Below are positions 13,362-26,419 of a DNA stretch of 64,000 nt, piece after piece. A program made the position numbers and the translations under genes. A model generated the notes under the pieces. It did not search any database, had not been told where the DNA came from, and was given only the letters and a program-made list of their open reading frames with translations. The DNA comes from Mobula hypostoma (Eukaryota). The first letter of the stretch is position 1; the number at the start of each line of letters is the position of its first letter. The stretch spans positions 150,104,001 through 150,168,000 of the forward strand of contig NC_086097.1 of assembly GCF_963921235.1 (NCBI RefSeq). Direction: 5' to 3'.

Positions 13362-14690
13362 TAGAAACACAGACATAGAAACATAGAAAATAGGTGCAGG
13401 AGTAGGCCATTCGGCCCTTCGAGCCTGCACTGCCATTTATTATGATCATGGCTGATCATCCAACTCAGAACCCCGCCCCAGCCTTCCCTCCATACCCCCT
13501 GACCCCCGTAGCCACAAGGGCCATATCTAACTCCCTCTTAAATATAGCCAATGAACTGGCCTCAACTGTTTCCTGTGGCAGAGAATTCCACAGATTCACC
13601 ACTCACTGTGTGAAGAAGTTTTTCCTAATCTCGGTCCTAAAAGGCTTCCCCTCTATCCTCAAACTGTGACCCCTCGTTCTGGACTTCCCCAACATCGGGA
13701 ACAATCTTCCTGCATCTAGCCTGTCCAATCCCTTTAGGATCTTATACGTTTCAATCAGATCCCCCCTCAATCTTCTAAATTCCAGCGAGTACAAGCCCAA
13801 TTCATCCAGTCTTTCTTCATATGAAAGTCCTGCCATCCCAGGAATCAATCTGGTGAACCTTCTTTGTACTCCCTCTATGGCAAAGATGTCTTTCCTCAGA
13901 TTAGGGGACCAAAACTGCACACAATACTCCAGGTGTGGTCTCACCAAGGCCTTGTACAACTGCAGTAGTACCTCCCTGCTCCTGTACTCGAATCCTCTCG
14001 CTATAAATGCCAGCATACCATTCGCCTTTTTCACCGCCTGCTGTACCTGCACGCCCACTTTCAATGACTGGTGTATAATGACACCCAGGTCTCATTGCTC
14101 CTCCCCTTTTCCTAATCGGCCACCATTCAGATAATAATCTGTTTTCCTATTTTTGCCACCAAAGTGGATAACTTCACATTTATTCACATTAAATTGCATC
14201 TGCCATGAATTTGCCCACTCACCCAACCTATCCAAGTCACCCTGCATCCTCTTAGCATCCTCCTCACTGCTAACACTGCCACCCAGCTTCGTGTCATCCG
14301 CAAACTTGGAGATGCTGCATTTAATTCCCTCATCCAAGTCATTAATATATATTGTAAACAACTGGGGTCCCAGCACTGAGCCTTGCGGTACCCCACTAGT
14401 CACCGCCTGCCATTCTGAAAAGGTCCTGTTTATTCCCACTCTTTGCTTCCTGTCTGCTAACCAATTCTCCACCCACACCAATACCGTACCCCCGTGTGCT
14501 TTAAGTTTGCACACTAATCTCCTGTGTGGGACCTTGTCAAAAGCCTTTTGAAAATCCAAATATACCACATCCACTGGTTCTCCCCTATCCACTCTCCTAG
14601 TTACATCCTCAAAAAATTCTATGAGATTCGTCAGACATGATTTTCCTTTCACAAATCCATGCTGACTTTGTCCGATCATTTCACCGCTTT
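13362..14690 (-). mobile_element. Young 5'-truncated CR1 LINE, near-identical to 31772-33105
   Basis: RT ORFs 14092-14934 and 13603-14064 match the 849-aa ORF almost residue for residue; (GAAACATA)n-type tail at about 13362-13390. Confidence 0.95.
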
Positions 14691-14908
14691 TATGATCGCT
14701 GTTGCTTAACATGGTTAATACCAGACTGCTTGCTGTTGCCTTCAGAACATGCCACTCTAAAAAAAATTCCCAAAACTGACATAAAGTCAAATTATACATA
14801 GTAGAAGGTGCTGCAGTCCAACATCGCCGTGGCAACCAGTTTGCCAAACTGAGCCAGTCTATTTGCCTGCATATGTCATAACCCTTCAGATCATTCCCAT
14901 CCGATGTA

Positions 14909-15303
14909 GAGTCCAGTGCAAAAGTCTTAGGCACCCTAGATTTTTTATATGGTTTCAGATGGCATAGCCTTCAGAGAGCCTGATCTCAACATCATCGAGG
15001 CTCTCTGGGATTACCTGGAGAGACAGAAGCAAGTGAGGTGCCCAAAGTCTGCAGAAGAGCTGTGGCAAGATGCCCAAGATGCTTGGAACAACTTACCAGC
15101 TATTTTTCTTATAAAACTGCACGACAGTGTATCTAAGAGAACTGATGCAGTGTTAAGTGCAAAGGGTGGTCACACCAAATATTGATTTACTTACCTTGTA
15201 CTGTTTACTGTTCATTATAGTAATCTTTTTATACTTAGAAACTTTTTGTTACTTTTGAATGCATCTTTGCTTTACAGAATTATTTTACATGTGCACAGTA
15301 CTG
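14909..15303 (+). mobile_element. Internally deleted Tc1-like DNA transposon
   Basis: Transposase C-terminus PDLNIIEALW...AKGGHTKY (14949-15185); degenerate TIRs GAGTCCAGTGCAAAAG / GTGCACAGTACTG flanked by TA. Confidence 0.85.
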
Positions 15304-15819
15304 TATTTGTCGAAATGCCTTTTAAATTTCATAATTATACCCACCTCTCCTGCTTCCACTGTCACCTCATTCCATAAACCCACCACCCTCTGTGTGAAAA
15401 ACTTACCCCTCAGTTCTCCTTTCAGTCCTTCCCCTCTCACCTTAAACCTACCATTTATATGAATGGTTTTCCATACATTTGTGGATTCACTCCACCTGAT
15501 GGGAATTTTTTTATTTGTAAGGTGGAATATTGCAGTGGTAAAACTTGAGAAGGGAGTTCAGGCAACAACATGGCCCTGTTTGATCCCTGTTTGACCTAGG
15601 GTTATATCTGAGGTGAACCCATTGTTTAGAATCACACTCTGCATGCTTTCATGCAATTGTGTGGCTACGGGTGTAGACTTTAATGGCTGTAGTTTAAAAA
15701 GACATAAAATCAATATGTAAGTTTAATGATTAACTTGCGAACGCGAAAAATGCAGGACCATTAAAAGTGCACAGTTTTCTATTTAATGAAGGGTCAAAGA
15801 CACACTGATCTCTGCCACA

Positions 15820-16400
15820 GATAACACACACAAAATGCTGACGGAACTGAACCAGCATCTATGGAAAAAAGTACCGTCGATGTTTTAGGCAGAGACCCTT
15901 CAGCAGGACTGGAGAAAAAAAAGATGAGGAGTAGATTTAAAAGGTGGGGGCATGGGAGAGTGAAACACAAGGTGATAGGTGAAAACTGGAGGGGGGGGAG
16001 TAAAGGATTGGGAAGTTGATTAGTGGAAGAGATACAGGGCTGGAGAAGGGGGAATCTGATAGGAGAGGACAGAAGGCCTTGGAAGAAAGAAAGTGGGGAG
16101 GAGCACCAGAGGGCGACGATGGGCAGGCAAGGAGAAAAGGTGAGAGAGGGAAAAGGGGAAGGGGAATGGTGAAGGGGAAGGGGGTTTTACTGGAAGTTTG
16201 AGAAATCGGTGTTAATGCCATCAGGTTGGAGGCTACCCAGGCGGAATTTTAAGGTGTTGCTCCTCCAACCTGAGCGTGGCCTCATCGCGACAGTAGAGGA
16301 GGCCATGGATTGACATATCGGAATGGGAATGGGAAGTGGAATTAAAATGCATGGCCACTGGGAAATCCAGCTTCTTCTGGTAGACAGAGCGTAGGTGCTG
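15820..16400 (-). mobile_element. Penelope-like element 3' fragment
   Basis: Reverse complement of the PLE endonuclease C-terminus (FRLGSLQPDGINTDFSNF) and terminus; degenerate hammerhead motif at about 15875-15910. Confidence 0.85.
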
Positions 16401-16699
16401 CCCGACTGAAGAGTTTTTTCCAGCATTTTATGTTTCTGTTTTAGATGTCTACCATCGGAAGATTTTTTTGATCCTCTATCGTTGAATATATAGATTGTAA
16501 CAAGATATTTTTAGATTGTTAAGCTTTAAAGAAGAATATATATAACTTTTGCAATCTCTATTTCTGCCTTTTTCATTATTTCTCTTATTGTGCCTGTTAG
16601 CAATTTAATTCACTCACTCTTCTGTGAGTCGTCCCCCTCTTTATTTCTTAGTCCGCCTTATTCAATGCTGAGGGAGTTAACTCTCAGATCTTTTTTAAA

Positions 16700-18630
16700 T
16701 CTCTTCCTTCATGCCTTGTACCTGTGCCCTCTGCAGCCTGGAAAAAAGACCAACCACTATACCCCTCATGATTTCATGATTTTAGTAATTTCTAAGCAGT
16801 CACCCCTCATTCTCCTGCCCTCCAGGGAGTAAAGAACTAGTGTCCCACTATAACTCAGGCCGGGTAGTCCAGGCAGTATCTCAGTAAATGTCTTCTGCAC
16901 CCTGGCTACCTTGACAATGCCTTTCCAATAACAGTGTGATCAAACCTGTGCACAATACTCCCATGCAGCCTCGTCAGTGACTTATATATCTGAAACATTA
17001 TGTCCCTACCCTGAAGCTCCATGTCCTGACTGGTGAAGGCCAACATGCTAAATGCCTTCTTCATCACTCTCTCCATTGACTCAGCTTCTTTCAGTGAACT
17101 ATGCACTTATACTCCCAGGTCCCTCTGTTTCACATCACATGTCAGAGCCCTGCCATTCATAAATCCCACCCTGGTTTGACTGTCCAAAGTGCATCATATC
17201 ACACTTATCTAGAATGAAATTTGTTTGCCATTTCTCAGTGCATCTCCCTAACTGATCCAAATCTATGGAGGGGAATAAACAATCAATATTTTGGGTGAGA
17301 CCCTTCATCAGGACAGGAAAGGAATGGGGAAGAAGCCAGAATAAGAAGGGGATTAAGCAGAACGATAAGAGATAGATGGTGGTTAGGGGACCCGGAATGA
17401 AGTAAGAAGCTAGGATTTGACACCCTCCGCCCCACCCACCTACCTTTCACCTCATCTGGTTTCACCTATCCCCTGTCAGCTTGTACTCCTCCCCCTCCCC
17501 CCACCTTCTTGTCAGGCATAGCACTGCAGAGTGCAGTAGAGTAGAGAAGTCTGGGAATACAGGTCCATCGTCCCTTGAAAATGGCCTCACAGGTAAATAG
17601 AATCATAAAGACAACTTCAGGCTCATTGCCAAAATGTCAAAGTATTGAATACAGGGGTTGGAATGTTATGCTAAAGTTGCGTAAGATGTTGATGAGGCCT
17701 AATTCGGAGTACTGTGTGCAGTTTTGGTCACCTGCCTACAGGAAGGATATGAATAAGATTGAGAGAGCGGGGAAAATTTCCAAGGATGTTGCCGGAACTT
17801 GAGGACCTGGGTTACAGGGAAGGGCTGAATAGGTTAGGATGCTATTCCCTAGAGTGTAGGAGAACGAGCGGAGATCTGATAGATCAAGAGGCATAGAAAG
17901 GGAAAGTGCTAGCAGGCGTTTTCCAGTCGCGCTCAACTAGAGGTCGAGGGTTAAGGGCGAAAAGTGAAATGATTAAGGGGAACAAGAGGGGAAACTTCTT
18001 CACTCAGAGGGTGTGGAAGTGGTGGATGTGGGTTCGATTTCAACATTTAAGGGAAGTTTGGATAGGTACATGGATGGGAGGGGTATGGAGGGGTATGGTC
18101 TGGGTGATGGTCGATGGGACTAGGCAGAATAATAGTTCCACATGGACTAATTGTGATGAAGAACCTGTACCTGTGCTGTAGTATTCTATGACTCTATGAC
18201 TCTATTTCTGGTATCTGCAGAATCTCCTGTATATGATCAAAATCCATTTTCAATTTATTATAAAAACTGCTTCACTATCAACAAGACACCTTAATTTATT
18301 ATCTTCAGCAAACCTACTGATCGTGCTATGTATCCTATCTAGTAACTGACATAATTAATGAAAAACAGAAGGCCCAACGCTGATCCTGGAGCATGTCACT
18401 AGTCACAGGCCTCTAGAGAATCAATCTTTGCCCTCTGCTTCCTAGCATCGAACCAATTGTGAATTGACATTGCTATCTCCCACAGAATCTACAGCAGGGT
18501 AAACTTCCAGATGTGGCTGCCATGCAGGACCTTATCAAAGACCTTACTAAAGTCCAAACAGACAACATCCACTGTCCTAAACTCCAAAAGATTTATCAGA
18601 CATGACTCCCAGCACAAGTCATGCTGACTA
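16700..18630. mobile_element. Cluster of decayed CR1 fragments (about 16700-17260 minus, 17520-18200 plus, 18240-18630 minus) and a PLE end (about 17270-17510)
   Basis: ORF fragments RPNSEYCVQFWSP, GNFFTQRVW, VDVVCLDFSKVFDKV; (CTATGACT) tail at about 18186-18205. Confidence 0.75.
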
Positions 18631-18639
18631 TTGCTGTTC

Positions 18640-19500
18640 AGGCCGTGACTCCTCAGATACTGAAGCACTTCATACCCAAATGCAGCTGGACCTGGACAAT
18701 ATCCAGGCTTGGGCTGACGAGTGGCAAGTAACATTTGAGCCACGTAAGTGCCAGGCAATGACCATCTCCAACGAGAGAGGCTCTAACTATCGTCCCTTGA
18801 CATTTAGTGGGATCACCATCATTGAATGCCCTACTATCAACATCATGGGAGTTACCATTGACAGGAAATTGAACTGGTCTAGCCATATAAACACCGTGGC
18901 TACCAGAGAAGGTCAAAGACTAGGAGTCTTGTGGTGTTTAACTCACCTCCTGACTCTCCAAAGCCTGTCCACCATCTACAAGGCACAAATCAGGAGTGTA
19001 ATGGAATACTTGCCACTTGCCTGAATGAGTACAGCTCCATCAACACTCAAGAAGCTTAACTCCGTCGAGTGCAAGGCAGCTCACTCGATTGGTACCCCTT
19101 CCACAAGCGTCCAATCCCTCCACCATCGGCGAATAATTGAGGCAGTGTGTACTATCTACAAGATACACTACATCAACACAGCAAAGTTCCTAAGGCAGCA
19201 CCTTCCAGACCCACAACCACTACCATCTAGGTGGACAAGAACAGCAGATACCTGGGAACACCACCACTTGGAAATCCCTCTCCAAGTCAATCATCATCCT
19301 GACTTGGAAACATATCACCATTCCTTCACTGTCGCTGGGTCAGAGTCATGGAATTCCCTCCCTATCAGCACTGTGGGTGTACCTACATCTCAGGGACTGC
19401 AGTGGTTCATCACCACCTTCTCAAGGGCAACTAGGGATGGACAATAAATGCTGGCTTAGCTGGGGACGCCCACATCCCCTAAATGAATAAACACAAAAAA
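18640..19500 (+). mobile_element. LINE 3' fragment of the CR1/L2 superfamily, distinct from the HER1-type CR1s
   Basis: DLDNIQAWADEWQVTFEPRKC, GVTIDRKLNWSSHI, IYKAQIRSVMEY and SWNSLP; AATAAA and A-rich end. Confidence 0.8.
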
Positions 19501-20295
19501 ATGTAAGTTTGTTTGGTCCGGGGGATTGGAGGGGTTTGATGTTTCTCTTTGAATTACTTCCATGGTTTGCTTTGTTTCATGGCTATCTGCAGAAGACAAG
19601 TCTTAGAGCTGTACACTGCATACATACCTTTATAATAAAAGAACCTTTGAACCTGTGAACTTTTTGAACTTTTGAACAAAATGCAAAAGATCTCTGATGT
19701 TCCGGTTGCCTACAGATTTTGACACAATGGAAGGAGCCTTACCCCCTCTTGTGGCCCTTTGCTGCAAGTGGAACAAATGAATTAAATTGGCAGTGAGGCC
19801 AAAAAAACTAACTCTGCAAATAACTAACTAAAGGAAATGCAAACAGAAAACACTGGGGGAAATCTCAGCAAACCAGACAGCATCTGTGAGGAGAAAATGC
19901 CAAACTTTTGAGTTTCCGATCCTTCATCACAGTCCAAGGAGTTGATGAGTTGTCTACCCCAGATGTCACCTGACCTGTTTTTTTTTGTATTATTTCAGAT
20001 TTACAGCAGATATAGTTTATTTTTATTTCCTTGTGACTAAAGCAAAAGCTTCTTCAAAGAGTCAGCACCAACCTGGCATCTCTCTGTGGTTTAATGTTAT
20101 CAAAAGGTACCTTTTACTTCTCAGTACAGATGATATGGATGCATTAAGATTTCAAAAAATGGAAATCAACAGAACCTGCAAAATATGTCAGCACTGATGT
20201 TGCTGCCTGCAGAAGTATAGAGCCCAGAAGTAGCATTTACCCAGTTTTCATTTTCTACTGACTTACCTCAGTCCTCTTTTTCCCTCCTTGCTCAT

Positions 20296-20852
20296 CTCTA
20301 TGAAACTCTGGTTAGGCCACACTTGGAGTTCTGTGTCCATTTCTGGTCGCCTCACTATAGGAAGGATGTGGAAGCATTGGAAAGGGTACAGAGAAGATTT
20401 ACCAGGATGCTGCCTGGTTTAGAGAGTATGCATTATGATCAGAGATTAAGGGAGCTAGGGCTTTACTCTTTGGAGAGAAGGAGGATGAGAGGAGACATGA
20501 TAGAGGTGTACAAGATAATAAGAGGAATAGATAGAGTGGATAGTCAGCGCCTCTTCTCCAGGGCACCACTGCTCAATACAAGAGGACATGGCTTTAAGGT
20601 AAGGGGTGGGAAGTTCAAGGGGGATATTAGAGGGAGGTTTTTTACTCAGAGAGTGGTTGGTGTGTGGAATGCACTGCCTGAGTCAGTGGTGGAGGCAGAT
20701 ACACTAGTGAAATTTAAGAGACTACTAGACAGGTATATGAAGGAATTTAAGGTGGAGGGATTATATGGGAGGCAGGGTTCGAGGGTCGGCACAACATTGT
20801 GGGCCGAAGGGCCTGTACTGTGCTGTACTATTTTACGGTCTATGTTCGATGT
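20296..20852 (+). mobile_element. CR1 LINE 3' fragment (same family as 28707-30543)
   Basis: 182-aa ORF EFCVHFWSPHYRKDV...FFTQRVVGVWNALP; TCTATGT-type tail. Confidence 0.92.
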
Positions 20853-21076
20853 TCTTCTGCCTCTATCTTAGGGGACAGGTGAGTGGCCAGTACCATAGTT
20901 CAATGTTCAAAGTAAATTTACTATCAACATAAGCATATGTTACCATATCCTACCTTGAGATTCATTTTTGTACAGGAAAATGAATACAGTAGAATTTATG
21001 AAAAACTATACGTAACAAAGACTGACAAACATCCAATGTGCAAAAGACAAAGTGTGCAAATAATAAATACATAAAT

Positions 21077-23086
21077 GGGGGGGTGTCACATGATGACGTG
21101 GGATTGAGACGTGTAAATCCAGCTCTCCCATAAAAAATCAGCAAAGTACCGTTTAAACAAAGTAAAGTTAATAAATACTTTCTGAAAACTATTTATAAAC
21201 TTCGTAAGACTACTCTACGATATGCCTCGTAAACCGCAACAGAAGAAGTCTGTTGTTGTGAAGTCGCCGCGAGATGGGAAGAAAAATGGGCCTACTGCAG
21301 CAATGGAGCCTCGGATTCAGGTTGAATCTCCTTCAGAGGAGACGCATTTTATCTCTGGCGTAGAAGAACAGGGAGCAATGGTGGCGGTAGCGGTCTCTCA
21401 GAAGAAGATGCCGGAATTGCGCATGCGCAAATCGACACAATTTAACCTACAAGAACCAATGGTCACTGCAACTGAAAGTGACTCAGAGTCAGAATTGGAT
21501 ATCGCAGAGAATACAGAGGAAGAAGAGGAGGAAGAACTGGAAGAGACTGGAAGTAAAGGAGACGACGGAGACATAAGAGAGGCTTTATTGCAATCAACGG
21601 CTGAACTAAGAAAATTAAGAACAGAGCTTAGAGACGTGAAGATGTGCTATGATAAAGCTATGAAAAGACAGGATAAAATGGATAAGAAACTTCAGAAGAT
21701 GGAAAGAACAATGGAGCATATTAATGATAGAGTGGAAAAAACAGAAAATGATGTGCTTGTCTGGAACACGGAAAGAAATCAACTCTTGGAGAAGGTGGAC
21801 GTGTTGGAAAATTTTAGTAGACATAATAACATTAAAATTGTTGGTCTTAAAGAAGGTATAGAGGGAGATAATCCAATAGAATTTTTTCAAAGATGGATCA
21901 CGAAAACCTTGCAAATGAAAGAGGAAGACCGATCAATTGAAATTGAACGGGTACATAGAGCTCTAAGACCAAAACCACAAGATGACCAATATCCACGATC
22001 AATTTTAATAAAATTCTTAAGATTTCAAGACAAAGAAAGGATTCTACAGGCGGCTGCCCAAGCTGCCAAGAAGAGAAAAGGGCCACTGATGATAGAAGGG
22101 AAGAAAAATTTTTTCTACCCTGACATAAATTATGAACTTTTGAAAAGAAGGAAGAAGTTTAATCCAGTGAAAAAAGCCCTATAGGATCACGGTTATCAAT
22201 TTATATTGCGTTATCCTGCAACCTTGAAGATTTTTTTGCCTGGTGGAGAAAAAAGATTTTTTGACAATTACAGGAAAGCGGAGGAGTTTGTGCGAGATTC
22301 TTTGAATATTCACCAGCTACAAGAACAAACTTAGGGGAGCGAGATGGATTGAAGATGAAGACTGGGTCAAGGATTAGGCCTGTTGAATTTTTAGGCGGAT
22401 GAATATATAAATATATTATTAATTATATGAGGGAGGGGAAGAAAGGTTAAAATTTGAGGAATATTAGCTGGGAATAATAACATTAATTTTTTTCTATATA
22501 TATATAATTTTTTGTTAAGGGGGAGCTGGAAGAAACACTGTCCAATCGCTACGTTATTCATGTGTGCAAGAGCGGCAATAGCCACGACCTGCACAATGGA
22601 GGGGGGTAGTGTTGTGTATCTTTTCATTCACAAAATTAGTGGGGGGGTATTTTGTTTTTTTCTTTTTTTGTATCTTATCTATCTTTTTTTTCTTTTTGCC
22701 CAGATGATTGGGAGGGAAACACATAGCAACATGGTGAAGTTCAAAGAGATTCCCCAGGGAACTATGAGAGTTGAGAAGTTAAGTAATGTTTTAGATTTTA
22801 AGAGATAAATATGTAACAGTTTTGAATATTTGGAGCCCTTATTTATAGCTCCGATGATGAAGATCTTGGTTCCTTGGGGGAAAGTAACAAATATATATAA
22901 AATTTATTTTTATCCTATGGAGCATGTGCAAACCTTCCAATATTCAGGCGGTTCTTTTTTTCCTTTTTCTCCTTTCTTTTTAAGTAGGAGTATATATTGG
23001 GAGGGGGAGGGTTAAGGGGAGGGGGGAGGGTAGATATTATTTTCTCATGTTTCACTTTGAAAACTCAATAAAAATTATATTTTAAA
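21077..23086 (+). mobile_element. L1-clade element retaining ORF1 but lacking almost all of ORF2 (HAL1-like)
   Basis: G-rich 5' end, ORF1, spacer, short ORF2 remnants, AATAAA near 23067 and A-tail; flanks AAATACATAAAT (21065-21076) and AAATACAAAAAT (23087-23098). Confidence 0.8.
21222..22334 (+). pseudogene. L1 ORF1p (coiled coil + RRM + CTD), 370 codons with one in-frame TAG at 22182-22184
   Basis: LENFSRHNNIKIVGLKEG, IERVHR, PRSILIKFLRFQDKERIL and FYPD motifs; the frame continues past the stop with YQFILRYPATLKI...AEEF to TAG at 22334. Confidence 0.9.
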
Positions 23087-24829
23087 AAATACAAAAATAA
23101 ATAAACAAAACAAATATTAAGAACATGTGCTGTAGAGTTCTTGAAAGTGAGTCTTACAGGCCCAAGGATTCCCACAGCTGTCGTGACTACTGCCTCACAT
23201 CCAGATTGCTGTTTAAAACCTACTCCACTCTTCTATTTGCTCTATCTCCGTTGAAACTTTTCTGATGATGACACCTTCCACCACTGTTCACAAGGCTCTC
23301 AGCTATGTCTGTTCAATTTTCTGCACCAGTTCTAAGCCTGAAAAGGGATTGGATTCCATTTTGAATTTTCTATCCACCTATCAGCATATTTAATGTTATT
23401 CTTCACTACTCCCGGTAGATACAGTCACCATTCAGATCAACCCTTGCTTTCACTTTTTCAGCATTTCAAAGACACTTTTTTGCTTTGTGGTGACCTGGTC
23501 CCATCTCCCATTTATCCTTCTCACCACCACGCAGCTGGGTGAGATGAAATAGATGCCCTTTAACCATCTCTCTTCCCACCTGTCAGATGAAGCAGTAATG
23601 TAATAATTTTATTTCCTTTCAATTGACAGTTCAGAATGGAGTCTCTTCAACATAGAGGAAAATGGACACAGAGTTGGCATCAATTGTGCAGGATAGCACC
23701 ATTTAGTTCACAAGGTTAGCTACCTAACTCTTTAATTCTCCAAACTGCCTTTTCTGTCATGTCCTGCAAGATTCCAAGAAATTCAACATGAGCTTAATGT
23801 TTCTTCTTCCAAATTTGCACCTGACAGCCTTTGGGATACAATATTGAATTAGTTACCTTCTGTTAATTACTCTGAACCTCCCCTTTCCTCCAGTCAGTTA
23901 TTTTTTTCTCTCGCTCATGTTTCATTTAAACTTCTCCACATAGATCTTTATCCTTTCTTCTAGCTGATATCACCACTTGTGTCATTTACTCTCTTCTCTC
24001 CTAGGAGTGAAGGAGGATGAGGAGGTGACTTGATGGACATGTACAAGAAGATAGAGTGGATAGCCAGGGGAGGTGTTAGACACATACATTTGGAGCTTTA
24101 AACAAACTCTTAGATAGGAACATGAATGATAGAAAAATAGAGGATTATATAAAAGGGAAGGGATACCTTGATCTTAGAATAGGTCAAAAGTTGGCTGAGC
24201 ATCATGGGTAAAAGGGCCTGTACTGTGCTCTTATAATCTAGTCTCCACTCTATAAAAGCCCTTCCCTTTGTTTCTCTCTGCTTCCCCACATTTTTCCTTT
24301 GCAACTTGTTTGAATAACTCTTCTCAGATCTAGCGAAAAGTCCATCAACCAGGAATATTAACTCGTATTTCTCATTCTATAGCTGCTGCCTGCCTTGAGG
24401 ACATACAGATTTCCATTTCTTGAAAGTGAGAAGAATTAAAGGAAATGCAAGAACAAGATCACTCAGACGAAGCAGGGTTGTGATGGAGGGTTAATGATTG
24501 GGCCTCTGTTCAGGCCCGAGCCTTTCCTAGTAAACTATGGATGAAGTTATAGCTGTATTGTATGTCCAAGGTGAAAATTAGTCAGATGGACCAGCAAACT
24601 GGAACTGTCAAAGGAGCAGAGAGTGTCAAAGCTGTTGTAGCTGTAGATGGGATGAGTAAAAAAGGAATAAATTCTAGGTAAGAAGTAATGCATCCTACAG
24701 GCCTAAATGAATGGGTTCCCTAGGAGAGGGTAAACTTTCCCTGTGAGTGAATCATTCAATAAATAATTCCTTCCCCTCACCTTTCTTAAACGGTTTCCAA
24801 AATCAGGCCTAATGGCCAATAGATCCACT

Positions 24830-25740
24830 TAGACAATTATTTGATAATAATTTTGACACTTTGACAATAGATCCACTCTTATTAATTGACCATAACTCCA
24901 TCTTCAAGACCATAAATTCCAAAAAAAACTAATCTCCGGACTCCTAGACCTGGGACTCAGTACTTCTTTGAACAACTGGATGCTGGACTTCCTGACCAAC
25001 AGACTGGAATCAGTAATGTTAGGCAGCAACACTTCTGCCACAATTATTCTCAACACCCCACAAGATTGTATCCTCAATGTTCCTCCAAAACAAAAGAGCC
25101 CATTGAATCATTGACTTAGAAAGCTGGGTGGAGCATAGTCCCCAGTTTATATCAATGAAGCTGAGATAGAGATGGTTGAGAGCTTCAAGTTCCTATATGT
25201 AAACATCACCCCCAGCCTGACCTGCACACCAGCACCTCTGCTTTCTCAAACAGCTAAGGAGATTCAGTACATCCTTGTTAATCCTTGCCAGTATTTATTG
25301 ATGCACCACTTAGATATGCCACAGCCTGTTATGGCAACTACTTTGCCCAAGTTCGCAAGAAATTGCAGGGTTATCATCCCATCACAAAAACATCCTCCCC
25401 TCCCCTTCATGGACTTTGTCCACACTTCTCGCTGCCTCAGTAAAGGCAGCCTCCTCCTATTGGCCAAAAGATACAAAACCTGAAAACATGTACCTCCAGG
25501 CTTCAGGACAGCTTCTATCCCACTGTTATAAGGCTCTTGAACAGATCTATTGTATGATAAAGATGAAATCTTGACTTCTCAATCTACCTCATTGTGTCCC
25601 TTGCACCCTATTATCTACCTGCGATGCACTCTCTGTAACTGTAACACTATATTCTCTATAGTTACTGATTTCCCCTTTGTACAACACTGAAATACTTAAT
25701 TTTCTGAATGTCAGGAGATGTCACAATAATAAACCAGTTA
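24830..25740 (+). mobile_element. Decayed Rex1/Babar LINE 3' part
   Basis: Eroded NWMLDFLTNR, VESFKFL and FRDSFYP motifs; 3' tail ending ...caataataaacc. Confidence 0.7.
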
Positions 25741-25889
25741 CTACTTTCCTCCAGAAGGTAACAGGAAACAATGGACCCTCTCCTGCAAATGCACCATGAA
25801 ATGGCCGTCTTTCTGTGCTGGGATCCTATGGTCACCTGAACCTCCTCCTCATGATAGAGCTACATACCTTGCACAAAATATTCCGATTA

Positions 25890-26400
25890 CTTATACCATA
25901 AACCATAAGAACATAAGCCATTGGAGCAGAATTAGACCAATCGGCCCATTGAGTCTGCTCCGCCATTCCATCATGACTGAATTATTATTCCTCTCTACTC
26001 CATTCTCCTACCTTCTCCCTGTAATCTTTGTCCCCCCTTACTAATTAAGAACCTATCAACCTCCACTTTAAATATACCCAATGACTTGGCCTCCACAGCC
26101 ACCAGTGACAATGAATTCCACATTTTCACTACCACCTGGCTAAAGAAATTCCTCTTCATCTCAGATCTAAAGGTACGTGCTTCTATTCTGAGGCTGTGCC
26201 CTCTGGTCCTAGACTCCCCCACTATAGGAAACATCCTCACCATATCCACAATATATAGGCCTTTCAATATTCAACAGCTTTCAATGAGATCTCCCACATT
26301 CTTCTAAATCCCTGTGAGTATAATCCCAGAGCCATCAAATGCTCTTCTTGCACCAATCCTTTCATTCCCAAGGTAATTCTTGTAAGCCTCCTCTGGATAT
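25890..26400 (-). mobile_element. CR1 3' fragment
   Basis: GESRTRGHSLRI...NFFSQVVVKMWNSL; (CCATAA) tail. Confidence 0.88.
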
Positions 26401-26419
26401 TCTCTCATGGCAGCTGATG

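Noticed and set aside
20261..20295. Strong minus-strand donor (GAG|GTAAGT)
   Set aside because: The upstream sequence runs into a CR1 insertion, with no supportable acceptor or recognisable protein.
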